Source: Azolla caroliniana
Taxonomy: Eukaryota; Plantae; Polypodiophyta
Reading direction: 5' to 3'
Assembly (NCBI GenBank): GCA_043228905.1
Contig: JBHGNT010000022.1
Coordinates: forward strand, 8,060,001-8,124,000
DNA: 64,000 nucleotides
Positions within the stretch are counted from its first letter, which is position 1; every line of letters starts with the position of its first letter. Shown here piece by piece: positions 1-11,180 of this stretch. Position numbers and translations under genes: made by a program. The notes under the pieces were generated by a model that had not been told where the DNA came from, did not search any database, and saw only the letters and a list, made by a program, of their open reading frames with translations.

Positions 1-2624
1 AATTGCAATCCAACATCACCATGGTTATGAGACATGCTTCTTGTTTGTCTTTGTGTAGTGGTTGGAGCCGCATTTGGGATCTTCTCTTTTAATATCTTGA
101 TTGTGGTTTGTCTTAGATGGCTTGTTTTGGTCAAGGAGAAGTCATACACTAGTATGTCAACATTATCCAATGTAAGAACAGACGTGCTTGGTAGATTCTT
201 TCTTCTTCGCTTTCTACTTGTGCCTTCAACATCCTTAACCATCTCTAAAGAGTACTTTCCAGAGAATGGATTTGGTGAAGAGGTGTGATACCAATGAACC
301 ACAATGGACTTAACTTGATTGCCTGATTCATCCTTCATTATATCCAAAATTTTAGCAATCCAAAATGGATGGCCCAACTCATCATCCCCAGCTAATGTTG
401 CAACTAACATCCCAACTTGTAGTTCATGCAAATTGCCTTGCCATCTTGCCTCTGCAGTACGCGATATTCTTGGTCCCACATAAATATCTCTCTGTCGTGG
501 GCGAACTAGATTATTGAGTTCAACATTACCAATTAATTGATGGTTAGCAGGTGAAACTATTGACGGCATACCAATGTTCCATGTGAAAGCATTTTGGATT
601 GGCCATACTCCGGCAATGTAGTTGTTTAAAATTGTATGTTGATGGTTAAAGAAGGTATCCCACCATTGAACATCTTGATCACCAGCATACTTCTTGGTGC
701 GCTCAATATTTCTTTGTTTCTCTTCAAGGCATCGCATCCAATATATCTTTTTCTCATCAATTGAGTTGCTATGAACCATTTTTTTATGGTCATCATACGG
801 CATTTGTTCTGCACCATGGATTTCTGTATTTGGAAAATAAAGTAAGAACCTACAACCCTCTTGTGGCTCCCATTGTGAACTAGATGAGTATTGTTTTGCA
901 TACAACATCGTCGTGTTGTGGCTCATATCACTTCGTTTTATGAGGAAGACATGGTTAAAACTTATATTATTCAAAGGTGCAAGAACCCTACCTTGAGCCC
1001 CATCACCATCCATGCAGAAGCGTTTAAAATCATACACTTCATTCAACTGATGTACTTCGGGCTTCGGGGTATAAGCTTCACTGATCAACATTGTTAGCGT
1101 AGGAAGCGTGAAAGCATCACATCGTGCTAATTTCTTTGAGAACCTACTAAACATTTGATCTATATGATCATGGGTATGACCAACTAGTAAGAAGTTAACC
1201 TTAATCTTCTTAAATAAACCCTTCTCTACTAGCATGCTTAAGTAACCGAAAACAGTCGAGTTTTTGTTTTCTCTAGCTGTATTGTCAAGTTGCACATATA
1301 GAACAGGCGAGAGTATACCTGGCCAAGACTGCAACACTCTTTGCATGACTGTAACTGTAAGATTAGGGTTGTTGTGGATATTAGGATAAGTTAAGAATAC
1401 TTGAGGCCTTATTGTCTGACAATATGACAAGCAACCTACTAAATGCATTTGTACAAGGCATTCATCTCCAATATCCTTTGGCAACCTTTGAAAGTGTGGC
1501 AAACAAGTCTTCTTCTGATCGATGCCATCAATAATCATACACATATACCTTTCAGGTGATTGGAGAGCTTTTCGTCGGTGGTGCATAGCTTTAGAACGTT
1601 CCAATGCTTGACTCTCACGGTGTTCTTTCAATAGATTCTTGTAATTCTTTATTTCATCATCTGATTTCCCACCCTTTGCCATACTCTTTAAACTTGCACA
1701 TATTGAACAAACACCCATTCGAACTTTACGCGGTATAACCACATTGTTAAATTGTAACCTCCATAATCGATTGAAATGTCGATACTATATGTAAGGTACA
1801 CCTTGTGACAACATGTCGTCTTTATATTCTTGATACACCTCACGGCGAGTGAAATTATCAGACAAGTGCAATCTCCCAGTAGTGGGCATAATATCACATT
1901 GCTTTGAGAAATATATCTCCATCCAATTAATAGAATGACGCCCTATAAGACCCTTACTACCAGAGGAATTCATATCAAAAGGTATAAACGATCCCTTCAC
2001 CAATCTTAGTTGTATTCTCTGAAGCCTCATGTTCCCAATGCTATGAGCAATTTTGAAAGCAACTCTACAACACTTAGTCCTCAATGCAAGGTAATATTCA
2101 ACGTGCGTTGAACTAGCCCCAGTGGCGTGATCTCTTACAAGCTGCATATGTGAAATAAGAAAAGTATCTTGTTCCTCACCATTAAGTGATAGATACTTCT
2201 CCCGCATTATTCGTAAGTTTGACTTTCCAAATTTATTAAGACATAGATTCCCACAACATGTCTTGCTCGAATCACAAACAATTTGACGATCAGAACATAA
2301 AAAGTTATATCTCTTTACACTAACTTGTCGAGGAACTCTTTTGAATGTGAGAGGCTTTGTTACGCAAGCTTCGCCAGATGTGGTTTCATCCTTGTCAATG
2401 CTTGCACAACTTTTGCTATCTTGTATACCACTTTGTCCTGGCCTCTTGAAAGGGTCAATTGAGAAAAGTGAGTTTGAGTTATTACCAACATCACAACTAA
2501 CATTTTCACCTGGACCCTTTGAAACACTTGGGACCTTGTACTCATCGACTGAGAAATATGAGTTACTCGATAAAACATAAGGGTCCACTGAAAACAAGGA
2601 TGATCTACTCGAAGCACAAGACAT
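1..2624 (-). pseudogene. Sola1-like (DUF7869-type) DDD transposase with one in-frame TAG; 3' end lies outside the window
   Basis: ORF 1785-2624 stops at TAG 1785-1787, but manual translation stays open in the same frame to base 1. Motifs: CCGNLC, KCCRVAFKIAHSIG, CSICASL, IIDGIDQKKTCLPHF, LYVQLDNTARENKN, FLLVGHTHDHIDQMFSRF. These match the D...DN..ENKN...GHTH..D pattern of Sola1/DUF7869 proteins. C-terminal LQVGMLVA...PFWIAKI...VVHWY domain. Confidence 0.8.
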
Positions 2625-2990
2625 CTTGAAGCCTAACTTAAATTAACACCTTTCTCTTGTTTAAGTAGAAGTTTAGGAATTGAAGATCTAGTCTATGAAC
2701 ATAAACCATATGAAGACATCTTGGGATAAAAGATAAGGTATATTGACATCATATTATTATTTAATTTTGTAAATTTTTTATAATAATTTATTGTGTAATA
2801 TTGTATTTTTTTAAGAGAAAATCTTTTTTTTAAATAATTATTTTATTTTCCAAAAAAACAATTTAAGTTAACTATATAAATAGAGATCTACCACTCATTA
2901 TCTCTTACACGTTTCAAGAGCTCAGAGCACTCTTTAGAAAAAGTCATCGTTTTCTGTGTTCATCAACACATTGTCAACAACTAGTCTAAC
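2625..2990. promoter_or_regulatory. Short AT-rich divergent intergenic region; candidate bidirectional promoter
   Basis: Lies between transposase ATG (2624, minus) and predicted methyltransferase ATG (2991, plus). TATATAAAT at about 2873-2881. Confidence 0.5.
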
Positions 2991-5900
2991 ATGAAATCGA
3001 GCAAGACAGTTGGCAAGTAAGTCTTCTATTACCCAAATTTAAAGATTCCTAAAGATACCATAAAGATTCTTTTTTATTATCTATAAAATTGAGTGACTTT
3101 AATTATAATTAGTTTGGTGTATGTATAATTTCTTCGGTTTCTTGAGAGAATGTCCTCTCTAATTCGATGCAGTGCATCGGATTAGAAAGTACTTCCTCGC
3201 TAACTTGATGAACTGCATGGGGGTAGATAGGAAATTAAGACAACACACATAGATACGACATCCTCTGAAATCCGATGCAATGCATCGGATTTCAGACGAT
3301 GTCGTATCATATCCTCCCTAATCCAATGTAGTGCATCGGATTAGGGAGAAGATGATCAGGAAACCTCTGAAATCCGATGCACTGCATCGGATTAGGGAGA
3401 AAATCCTCCCTAATCCGATGAAATGCATCAGATTTCAAAGGATGTCGTATTATATCCTCTGAAATCTGATGCAATGCATCGGATTTCAGAGGATGTCGTA
3501 TCATATCCTCCCAAATCCAATGTAATGCATCGGAGTAGGGAGGAGATGATGAGAAAACCCCTCGTTTTAGAGGATTTCCTCCCTAATCCGATGCAGTGCA
3601 TCGGATTAGGGAGGAGATGATCAGAAAACCTCTGAAATCCGACGCAGTGCAATGGATTTCAGAGGATGTCCTCTCTAATCCGATGCAGTGCATCGGATTA
3701 GGGAGGAGATGATCAGAAAACCTCCCAAATCCGATGCAATGCATCGGATTTCAGAGGATCTCCTCTCTAATCCGATGCAGTGCATCGGATTAGGGAGGAG
3801 ATGATCAGAAAACCTCCCAAATCCGATGCAATGCATCGGATTTCAGAGGATGTCCTCTCTAATCCGATGCAGTGCATCGGATTAGGGAGGAGATGATCAG
3901 AAACCCTCCCAAATCCGATGCACTGCATCGGATTTCAGAGGATGTCCTCTGAAATCCGATGCAGTGCATCGGATTAGGGAGGAGAGGATAGGAAATCCTC
4001 TGAAATCCGATGCAGTGCATCGGATTTCAGAGGATGTCCTCTCTAATCCGATGCAGTGCATCGGATTAGGGAGGAGATGATCAGAAAACCTCCCAAATCC
4101 GATGCACTGCATCGGATTTCAGAGGATGTCCTCTGAAATCCGATGCAGTGCATCGGATTAGGGAGGAGAGGATAGGAAATCCTCTGAAATCCGATGCAGT
4201 GCATCGGATTTCAGAGGACGTGCTAGCTAATTTTAGCTTTATTTTAGCTTTATTTTAGGTATATTTAGATGTATTTTATGTATATTTAGGTGTATTTCGT
4301 CGTATTTACGTGTCTGTTACATGTACTTAGGTGTATTTATATGTATTTAGTAGTGTTTAGGTGTGTTTAGGTCTACTTACGTGTATTTAGGTGTGTTTTA
4401 TGTTTATTTTACGTGTCCTTAGGTGTATTGGAGAGTATTCTGTTAAGGGTTTAGTGTATTTAGGTGTGTTTTACATGTAGTTAAGGGTATTTAGGTGCAC
4501 TTACGTGTATTTAGGTGCGTTTTATGTGTATTTTACGTGTACTACGGTGTATTAAAGAGAATTTAGTTGTGTTTTGGTGTATTCACGTATATTTTACATT
4601 TATTTCACGAAAATATTTTGTTTTCTTCCCCAGTGAGCCCCGTCCGAAGGTGCCCTCTTTCAAGTTGAAGTTCCGGTCTCCGACAAAACATGACTCGGAG
4701 AGTTTTTTAAAAGAAAAGTCTCGAAGATCATTATTCGAGTCCGGGGGTGATGGGACCTCGAAATCTTCCGTAGGGAATACGAAAAATAAACAAATTATGC
4801 TCGTGGAAGATAAGTCCACGGAGCATAAGCTAAAAAATTATTCACATGTAGAATGGAGTCTCACTTACATTGAAGAAGATGGGGTATTGCTCCTCATATT
4901 TGCCACGTCGGAAGGAAAAGGAAAGCTTGAATTAGGGAAGACCTTCCCCTATGGTAAAGTTCGTAATTTAGAATATGAAGACAGTGATTCGTCCATTATC
5001 TTCCTCGAAGTTGAGAGCTCAGGTGGTACAAGGCGAGTGCAAGTTGATGAAGGAAACCTAGTACCTGACGTATGCCACCCAAAATCTTTGCGAAAAGATA
5101 TGCAAACAAAGAATAATCTTATTGTAGCTCTTCGGCCTTATGTTACTGGAGAGATGATGAGCACAGAAGCAGAGACTCCGCCTAAAAAGTCTCGGAAAAC
5201 AAAACCGGAACATAAAAAATATCAAAAACGACAAATATCTAATGACGAGGACCTCGACGTCTTGGAGTTCGAGGAAGAAGAAGACGATGAACAACAACTT
5301 GAAATTGTCCCTCCAGGAGGGCAAATATCTTCCGGTGTATTGACTTCTGAGCAAAACCGGATTAGAGAAAATATAGCTAGGACCAAACTAGTGCGAAAAG
5401 GTCAACTCTTCCATCTACCAATTTCTTCAATTCAAAGGCCGCCCATCGACCCTGAAACTAGAAGACGCACGCTCGAGATTAGAGAGCCACATGCAGTGCA
5501 TGTACAAAATTTGAAAAGCAAAATGAAGATAAATCCACATGCAACCGTCGTACCTTTTTTGGTTATGGTAGACCCTGAACAATGTCCGACAGTTGCTGAT
5601 TTTAAATATAGCTCTTCAGATGATTATACTTATTATGTTATCGGAGGATCTCATTCAGCTGAAGCCCGACGTCAACTCGTCAAGGAATATCCGCTCACTC
5701 CGTTTTTTAAGTACGCAGAATGTAAAGTATATGCAGGTCTTACTCATGAAGAGGCCAAGTTGTTAGCATGGGACCACAACAATGATAATGATTATAGACA
5801 AAAGATGTCTTGTATCGAACGCATCAGATTCTTTCACCATGAGTATTTGGATGCGTTGCAAAGATTTGGACCCAAGTTGAACCCTGGCTTACGACGTCAA

Positions 5901-7860
5901 TGTTTACTAGAAGTGGGTATTGCAGTTGATGAGAGTACGAAATCTGAAGGGCTACGGAAATATGACTCATGGTTTCAGCTTGCCTTTAGAACAGGTGAGG
6001 TATGGGATCTCCAGGATAGAATATTTGGCATGTGGGAGCGCAAGGAGGTCAAAGGTCAACGGGCAAAGAAGGCCAAGGTAGATCCACAAGTGGAGATGAA
6101 GACAAAGTCACGTAAAAGTGACTTATTTATTGAGGAGTTGGCCGAAGATATGAAGTTGCTACCTTGGAGGTCACTACAAGGAATTAAAGACGATAGATTG
6201 TTAATATCTGTGTTGTCTCGAGTTGCAGCCAAGGAGTTTAGCTTGGACGAGATGGTGACTGAGTTACAAAAGTATGTAAAATTGAAATGTTTTTCTTTAT
6301 TCTTGTGCATTTCCTTTGATAACTGATTTCACATTTAATATTTTATTTTTAGTCATAAAGTATACATGAAGATACAAGAATTGATGATGAAAAAATTGTG
6401 CCTACCAACCTGGGAAGAAGTCGAACAAGCTTGCCCAATAACATCATCATATAAGGCATTAGAAGAGTTCTTCATTGTATTTAGAGAATGGGTATGTGTA
6501 TTTTCAATTTGAAAAGATTCAATTATCATTTATCAGATATATTCCTTATAGGAAATGAATTTTGCAGAAACCACCTCGATCAAAGAAAGTTGGTGATAGT
6601 AATGACGGTATTCCAAGTTCGTTCATTACGCACTTAGAACGTGCTAAATACGAAAAAAGAATGACAAAGGGAAAGGAGTTGGAAGTGCCAGAGGACTTCG
6701 CAACAGTAAAAAGTTTTTTGCATAGAGCTGACCCTTTCAAACAATTACATTATAGTGTATTCCAGGGGGATGTGGTGAATATGCTCGACATATTACCAAA
6801 AAGGCACTATACATTACTTATTGCTGATATACCGTACGGATTCCGGATCACGGGTTCCATGTTCGATGATGTGCCTTTCAAGTACCCCCAGATTGAGAAG
6901 ATGGTAAAGGACTTCGCAGAGTTGACCTTAGCACCATTGTGGAGGATAGTCATATTTCATAGCATGGGTCAATCATTGTCAGTCACAACTGCTTTAAAGT
7001 CACGATGTCATGCAACAGAGCATATGCATTGGTGAGTTATACGTTGTTTTTTGATAATATTCTCTTAGATATGTGGTTTATATATGTTCCATTCAAATTT
7101 TAACTCATTTGTTTTGGGTTCAATAGGATTAAAACAAATATTACACGTAGCCCGGGCGATCGTATGGTTAGTGCAGTTGAGCATCTTAGTGTGGGTTATT
7201 ATGATGTAATAACGAAGAAGAAGGCTCGGGCACACGTTAATGAAAGAAACGTTGTGAATTATATAATGTGCCCAGCTGTGACAAAGAAGCTTCGACATGT
7301 ATCAGGTGAAAAGAGCCTTGTGAACCCTTATCAAAAACCTCAAAGATTGATCAACCGCTTAATCGAGCTCTTCTCAAACCCAGATGATTGGGTTCTTGAT
7401 TTGTTCTCTGGCACAGGTATATGTAATATAAGTTTAGTCTCGTTAATTTGATTAAGTTATAGACTTTCATTATTATTTTGACTTCTGCACTTCTATTTTA
7501 CGATCAGGTACTACTACAGCTTGTGCATTAAAAATGTTCAGAAACTGTGTCGCGTTGGAGAAGGACCCTGAACAAGTTAACTACATCAAAATGAGGATCC
7601 AAGGAATCTGGGATTGTCCGGATCAAGATCAAGAAGTCGGAGCGAAGCACATCAATGAAACAGAGAGGTTTCAGATGACTTCGAGAGAGCCAATGGAACC
7701 TATAGATGAAGACGCAGGGGACCTTGTGGACCTAGAAGACGTAATAGAATTTGAACATATGCATGGTTCAGCGGAGCAAACAATCAATGCTACAGAGGAC
7801 AATTTAGAAGAGTCCATTCATCCAGAAGAGCCCACATTGCCTGACTTGCTTATAGATTGA
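2991..7860 (+). CDS. Six-exon gene: ParB/Srx-like domain fused to beta-class N6-adenine/N4-cytosine DNA methyltransferase (about 969 aa)
   Basis: Manual splicing: exons 2991-3016, 4634-6271, 6353-6491, 6568-7031, 7127-7416, 7508-7860. All introns are GT-AG and phase-compatible; total 2910 nt with no internal stop. Motifs: YYVIGGSHSAEARRQL...LTHEEAKLLAWDHN (ParB-like), LLIADIPYG (motif IV, 6826-6837), HW|IKTN...VEH, NPYQKPQRLINRLIELFS, VLDLFSGTG|TTTACA (motif I), VALEKD. Exon 1 is the least certain. Confidence 0.85.
3160..4217. repeat. Tandem array of about 20 palindromes ATCCGATGCA-N-TGCATCGGAT with a 92-bp higher-order period
   Basis: About 20 copies counted from 3262 to 4217, plus 1-2 decayed copies near 3160-3220. 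Spacing alternates 52/40 bp (e.g. 3675, 3727, 3767, 3819, 3859, 3911). Arms extend to 18 bp in some copies (cctctgaaatccgatgca g tgcatcggatttcagagg). Confidence 0.97.
4230..4610 (+). repeat. Degenerate ~10-bp GTGTATTTAG/GTGTATTTAC low-complexity repeat
   Basis: Many variants of gtgtatttag, gtgtgtttag and acgtgtattt in the 3' part of predicted intron 1. Confidence 0.8.
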
Positions 7861-8591
7861 TTTCTATGGTTAGGTGTATTATTTGAACGATATTAAATGA
7901 TAGACATTGACTTGTGACTATTGTTTCATTTGAACACAGTTAAAACTTAAAGTTTGAGTTTATTTGGCAAAGTGTATAATTTGAATGGTATTAATGTTTT
8001 ACATGTTCTTCAACCTTTCTTTGGAAAGTCTGCAAGGGTTTTTATAGATGATTTTGGCCATCAATAGTGCAAAGATGGGTCATCTAGAAACGTTGTGTGC
8101 GGATAATCTTTAGTATTTGATTTATGTATAATTTGACTAAGTCTATAATTTTAAGGGTATTAAATGTTTATCTTTGACTTCTACCTTCTAGAGTTATAAC
8201 ACTATTAAGTTTTAAAGTTTGACGTATTATATGTGATTATATTATAAAATTAGCATCTATGTGATTCTTGGCGTGGGCAACTATTTTTATCTTCGCCACA
8301 ATTACGGTTCAAATGATTAAAGTTGCATATAATTCCATTCCGTTAATTTAGAATTTCACAAAAAACATGACATATGAAATATAAGGCTATTGATTTTCTT
8401 GACATAAAATTATTTAGTTGAAATTTTTGCTATGTTTTAAGGAACCATGTACGCATGCGTGGTACCTTTTTGAAATTCTGCTAAAATAAGGCATATTTTA
8501 ACATCTCCTCAAGATGTGAAAAAGAGAATGCGACATATTACCTGTTTCAAATGTCCCGGTGTTTAGTATTTTGTAGGAAGCAAACATATAG

Positions 8592-8660
8592 AAACCGTGG
8601 GCACAAAACCATGGTTTTAGGCCATGGTTTTAGCCCGTGGGTTTAGCCCATGGTTTTTGC
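8592..8660. repeat. 13-bp CCATGGTTTTAG-type repeat cluster with palindrome AAAACCATGGTTTT
   Basis: aaccgtgggcac aaaaccatggttttag gccatggttttag cccgtgggtttag cccatggttttt; perfect 14-bp palindrome at 8605-8618. Confidence 0.75.
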
Positions 8661-8740
8661 ATGGAGAGACCTATAAAAGCCTATAGTTGAGCTTGTGTAA
8701 GGGAGGCAAGTGATGTAAGTAAAAAATGAACTTTTAATCG

Positions 8741-11180
8741 GTTGGGAGACAGGTCCCTCCGGATGGGAAGGGAGAAGAACAGTGCGGATGGGAAACCGGA
8801 TGAGGAATACCCGACTACGGAGAGCCGGATGGTGCAGACCCGGTATGAACCGGATGAGGAGACATATTGGTAAATATGTTTCTGAGAGTCCATCGAGGCT
8901 ATATTTTGTAAATAGCCGAAAAGTCATATTAGTATAAATATGACTTAGGGCAAACTTTTAGTTACTGTTGTTGGTTGTTGTCGTTTCTTGTTGGTGCAAG
9001 AAAAGAGAGAGAGTGCGGAACTGTACAGAGAGTGAGAGAGAGAGAAAGAGGTCGCTGCCTCTGTTGTAACCGCCGCCTGTGGCGAAGATCTATGTGCACG
9101 AGGTCGTTGCCTCAATGAACTCACTACTGTACATACTAACCTAGTGATAGTTTGCAGCCTCTGGGCTGCCGTGGTTTTTTTCCCTAGTTTGGGGTTTTCC
9201 ACGTTAAACATCCTGCATACTCTTCTCTTGCATTGTGTCGTTCTTTATTTCCCGTTTTCTGTGTATGATCCTAAGCTCTGTTCGGGGACAAGAAACCGGA
9301 CAAAATCGACGTCGCGATATGGGAGGTGATGCACATGAAGACAATGGCATACATACGGTGCTTTATCGCCATGAGCTTGTACAACAACTTCAATGAAGAG
9401 AGCAAGGCTCATGAGCTCTGGGAGAAGATCGGCATAATGTTTCAGAACAAAAATGTTGTTAATCAGGTGTCGGTATTCCGGAAGCTAGTAAGATTCCGGT
9501 ACCAAGATGGCTCCAGCATGGCGGAGCACATGAATGCCTTCCAGGGGCTGATCCACCAGGCAACTTCATTGGAAGTACCTCTCGCGGATGAGGTACTTGC
9601 GCTACTCCTGCTCGGTTCCCTCCCGGATAGCTAGGAGACGTTGGTTGTCACTTTGGGCAACGCCGGACCGGAAGGAAAGCGGTTATCCCTAGCAAGAGTA
9701 AAGTCGAGCTTGCTAGATGAGGAGGCGCGTCAGAAGGATAAAGATACGAGCTCCGACTCCAAAGCGCTCCTTACCGAATCGGAACGCAGAAGACATAGAA
9801 ACCGTAGTCCCCAGAACCGGGAGAAGTCGGGGACACGGTCAAAGTCAAGGGGAAGGCCCACTTGCTTCTATTGCGGCAAGTCGGGACACTTCCAAAAGAA
9901 CTGTCGGCATTTCCGTAAAGACAAGGAAACCGACGGTACCGATTCGAAGCGGACCCCGGACTAGAATGGTAAAGACCGGAGGGGAACGGACCGGAAGGGA
10001 ACGACGACAATCACGGCAAGTGAAGAAGAGTTGATGCTCATCACCGAGGAGCGTGAGATAAACCTTGCCGGCGACGAGATGACCTGGGTGGTAGACTCCG
10101 GAGCGTCGTTCCACCTTACCCCAGACCGGAAATGCTTCTCATCCTACTCAGCCGGTGATCACGGTTGTGTCCGGATGGCGAATGAAGGTACATGCGGAAT
10201 TGTTGGCATAGGAGACGTGTGGCTAACGACACCAACCGGATGCAAGTTGCTGCTGAAGGATGTCCGACATGTTCCGGAGGTTCGACTGAACCTGATATCA
10301 GCCGGTGAGCTAGATGATGAGGGCTACACGGGTAGCATCCGGAACGGTGTCATGAAGTTCAGCAAAGGGAGCCTGATTGTGGCTCGGACCCGGAAGGTAA
10401 ACACATTGTACCTGATGAATGCCCGGTTATGCCCGGAAGAAGTGAACGTGGCTTCCGACACTGCCGGTGAGCTGTGGCAGAAGAGGCTGTGTCATATGAG
10501 CGAGAAGGGGATGAAGAGGCTTGCAGACGACAACCTCATTCCAATGAAGAACGTGCACTTAGAGAAGTGCACTGATTTTCTGGCCGGTAAGCAGAACCGG
10601 ACCTCCTTCCGACCAAGGCCACCGATGAGACGTAATGCATCATTGGAGTTGGTGCATACGGATGTGTGTCAAGTAGACACGAAGTCACATGCCGGAGCGC
10701 AGTACTTCGTGACGTTCATAGATGACCACAGCCGGAAGCTGTGGGCGACACTGCTGAAGACGAAGGAGCAGGTGCTATCCGTCTTCAAAGAGCTCCACGC
10801 GAGAGTGGAAAGAGAAACCGGCCGGAAGCTGAAGGCGGTTCGAGCAGATAACGGAGGAGAATACCGGGGGCAGTTCGAAGAGTACTGCCGCTCGAAGGGA
10901 ATCCGGCTTGAATTTACCGTGCCGAAGATGCCGTAACTAAACGGACTGGCCGAGAGGATGAACCGGACCATAATGGAGAGGGTCGGGAGTATGCTAGCGC
11001 ATGCAAAACTACCCAAGAAGTTTTGGGCTGAGGCATTGTCGACGGCGACATATGTGATAAATAGATCACCCTCAGTACCCTTGGACGGAGACACGCCATA
11101 GAGAGTGTGGACCGGTAAGGAAGTATCCTACCGGAATCTGAAGGTGTTCGGGTGTCTCGCGTACATGCATGTAGCTAAGG
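8741..11180 (+). mobile_element. Ty1/copia copy A: truncated, LTR-gag junction deleted, ends inside integrase
   Basis: LTR start gttgggagacagg matches the other copies. The LTR is fused to gag near 9280 with the PBS lost. CCHC knuckle (CFYCGKSGHFQKNC), protease WVVDSGAS, GAG-pre-integrase, integrase (VHTDVC, RADNGGEY). Stops at 9632, 9962, 10934. Confidence 0.93.

Noticed and set aside
1785-1787. Programmed readthrough of the transposase TAG
   Set aside because: Context (ATA TAG TAT) lacks a known readthrough signal; CAG>TAG decay is common across the window.
3307-4112. Small ORFs in the palindrome array
   Set aside because: By-products of the repeat on both strands.
3260-4217. CRISPR array
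   Set aside because: The repeats are palindromic and regularly spaced, but the spacers are themselves repeated, there are no cas genes, and the context is a eukaryotic intron.
4230-4610. Interstitial telomere repeat
   Set aside because: Contains TTTAGG-like words, but the unit is about 10 bp and not tandem TTTAGGG.
4515-4633. Start of the 603-aa ORF at GTG 4515
   Set aside because: It translates low-complexity intron sequence; a strong acceptor at 4633 is phase-matched to an upstream exon.
2991-7860. Bacterial contamination as the source of the methyltransferase
   Set aside because: Five spliceosomal introns, and contiguity with plant retroelements.
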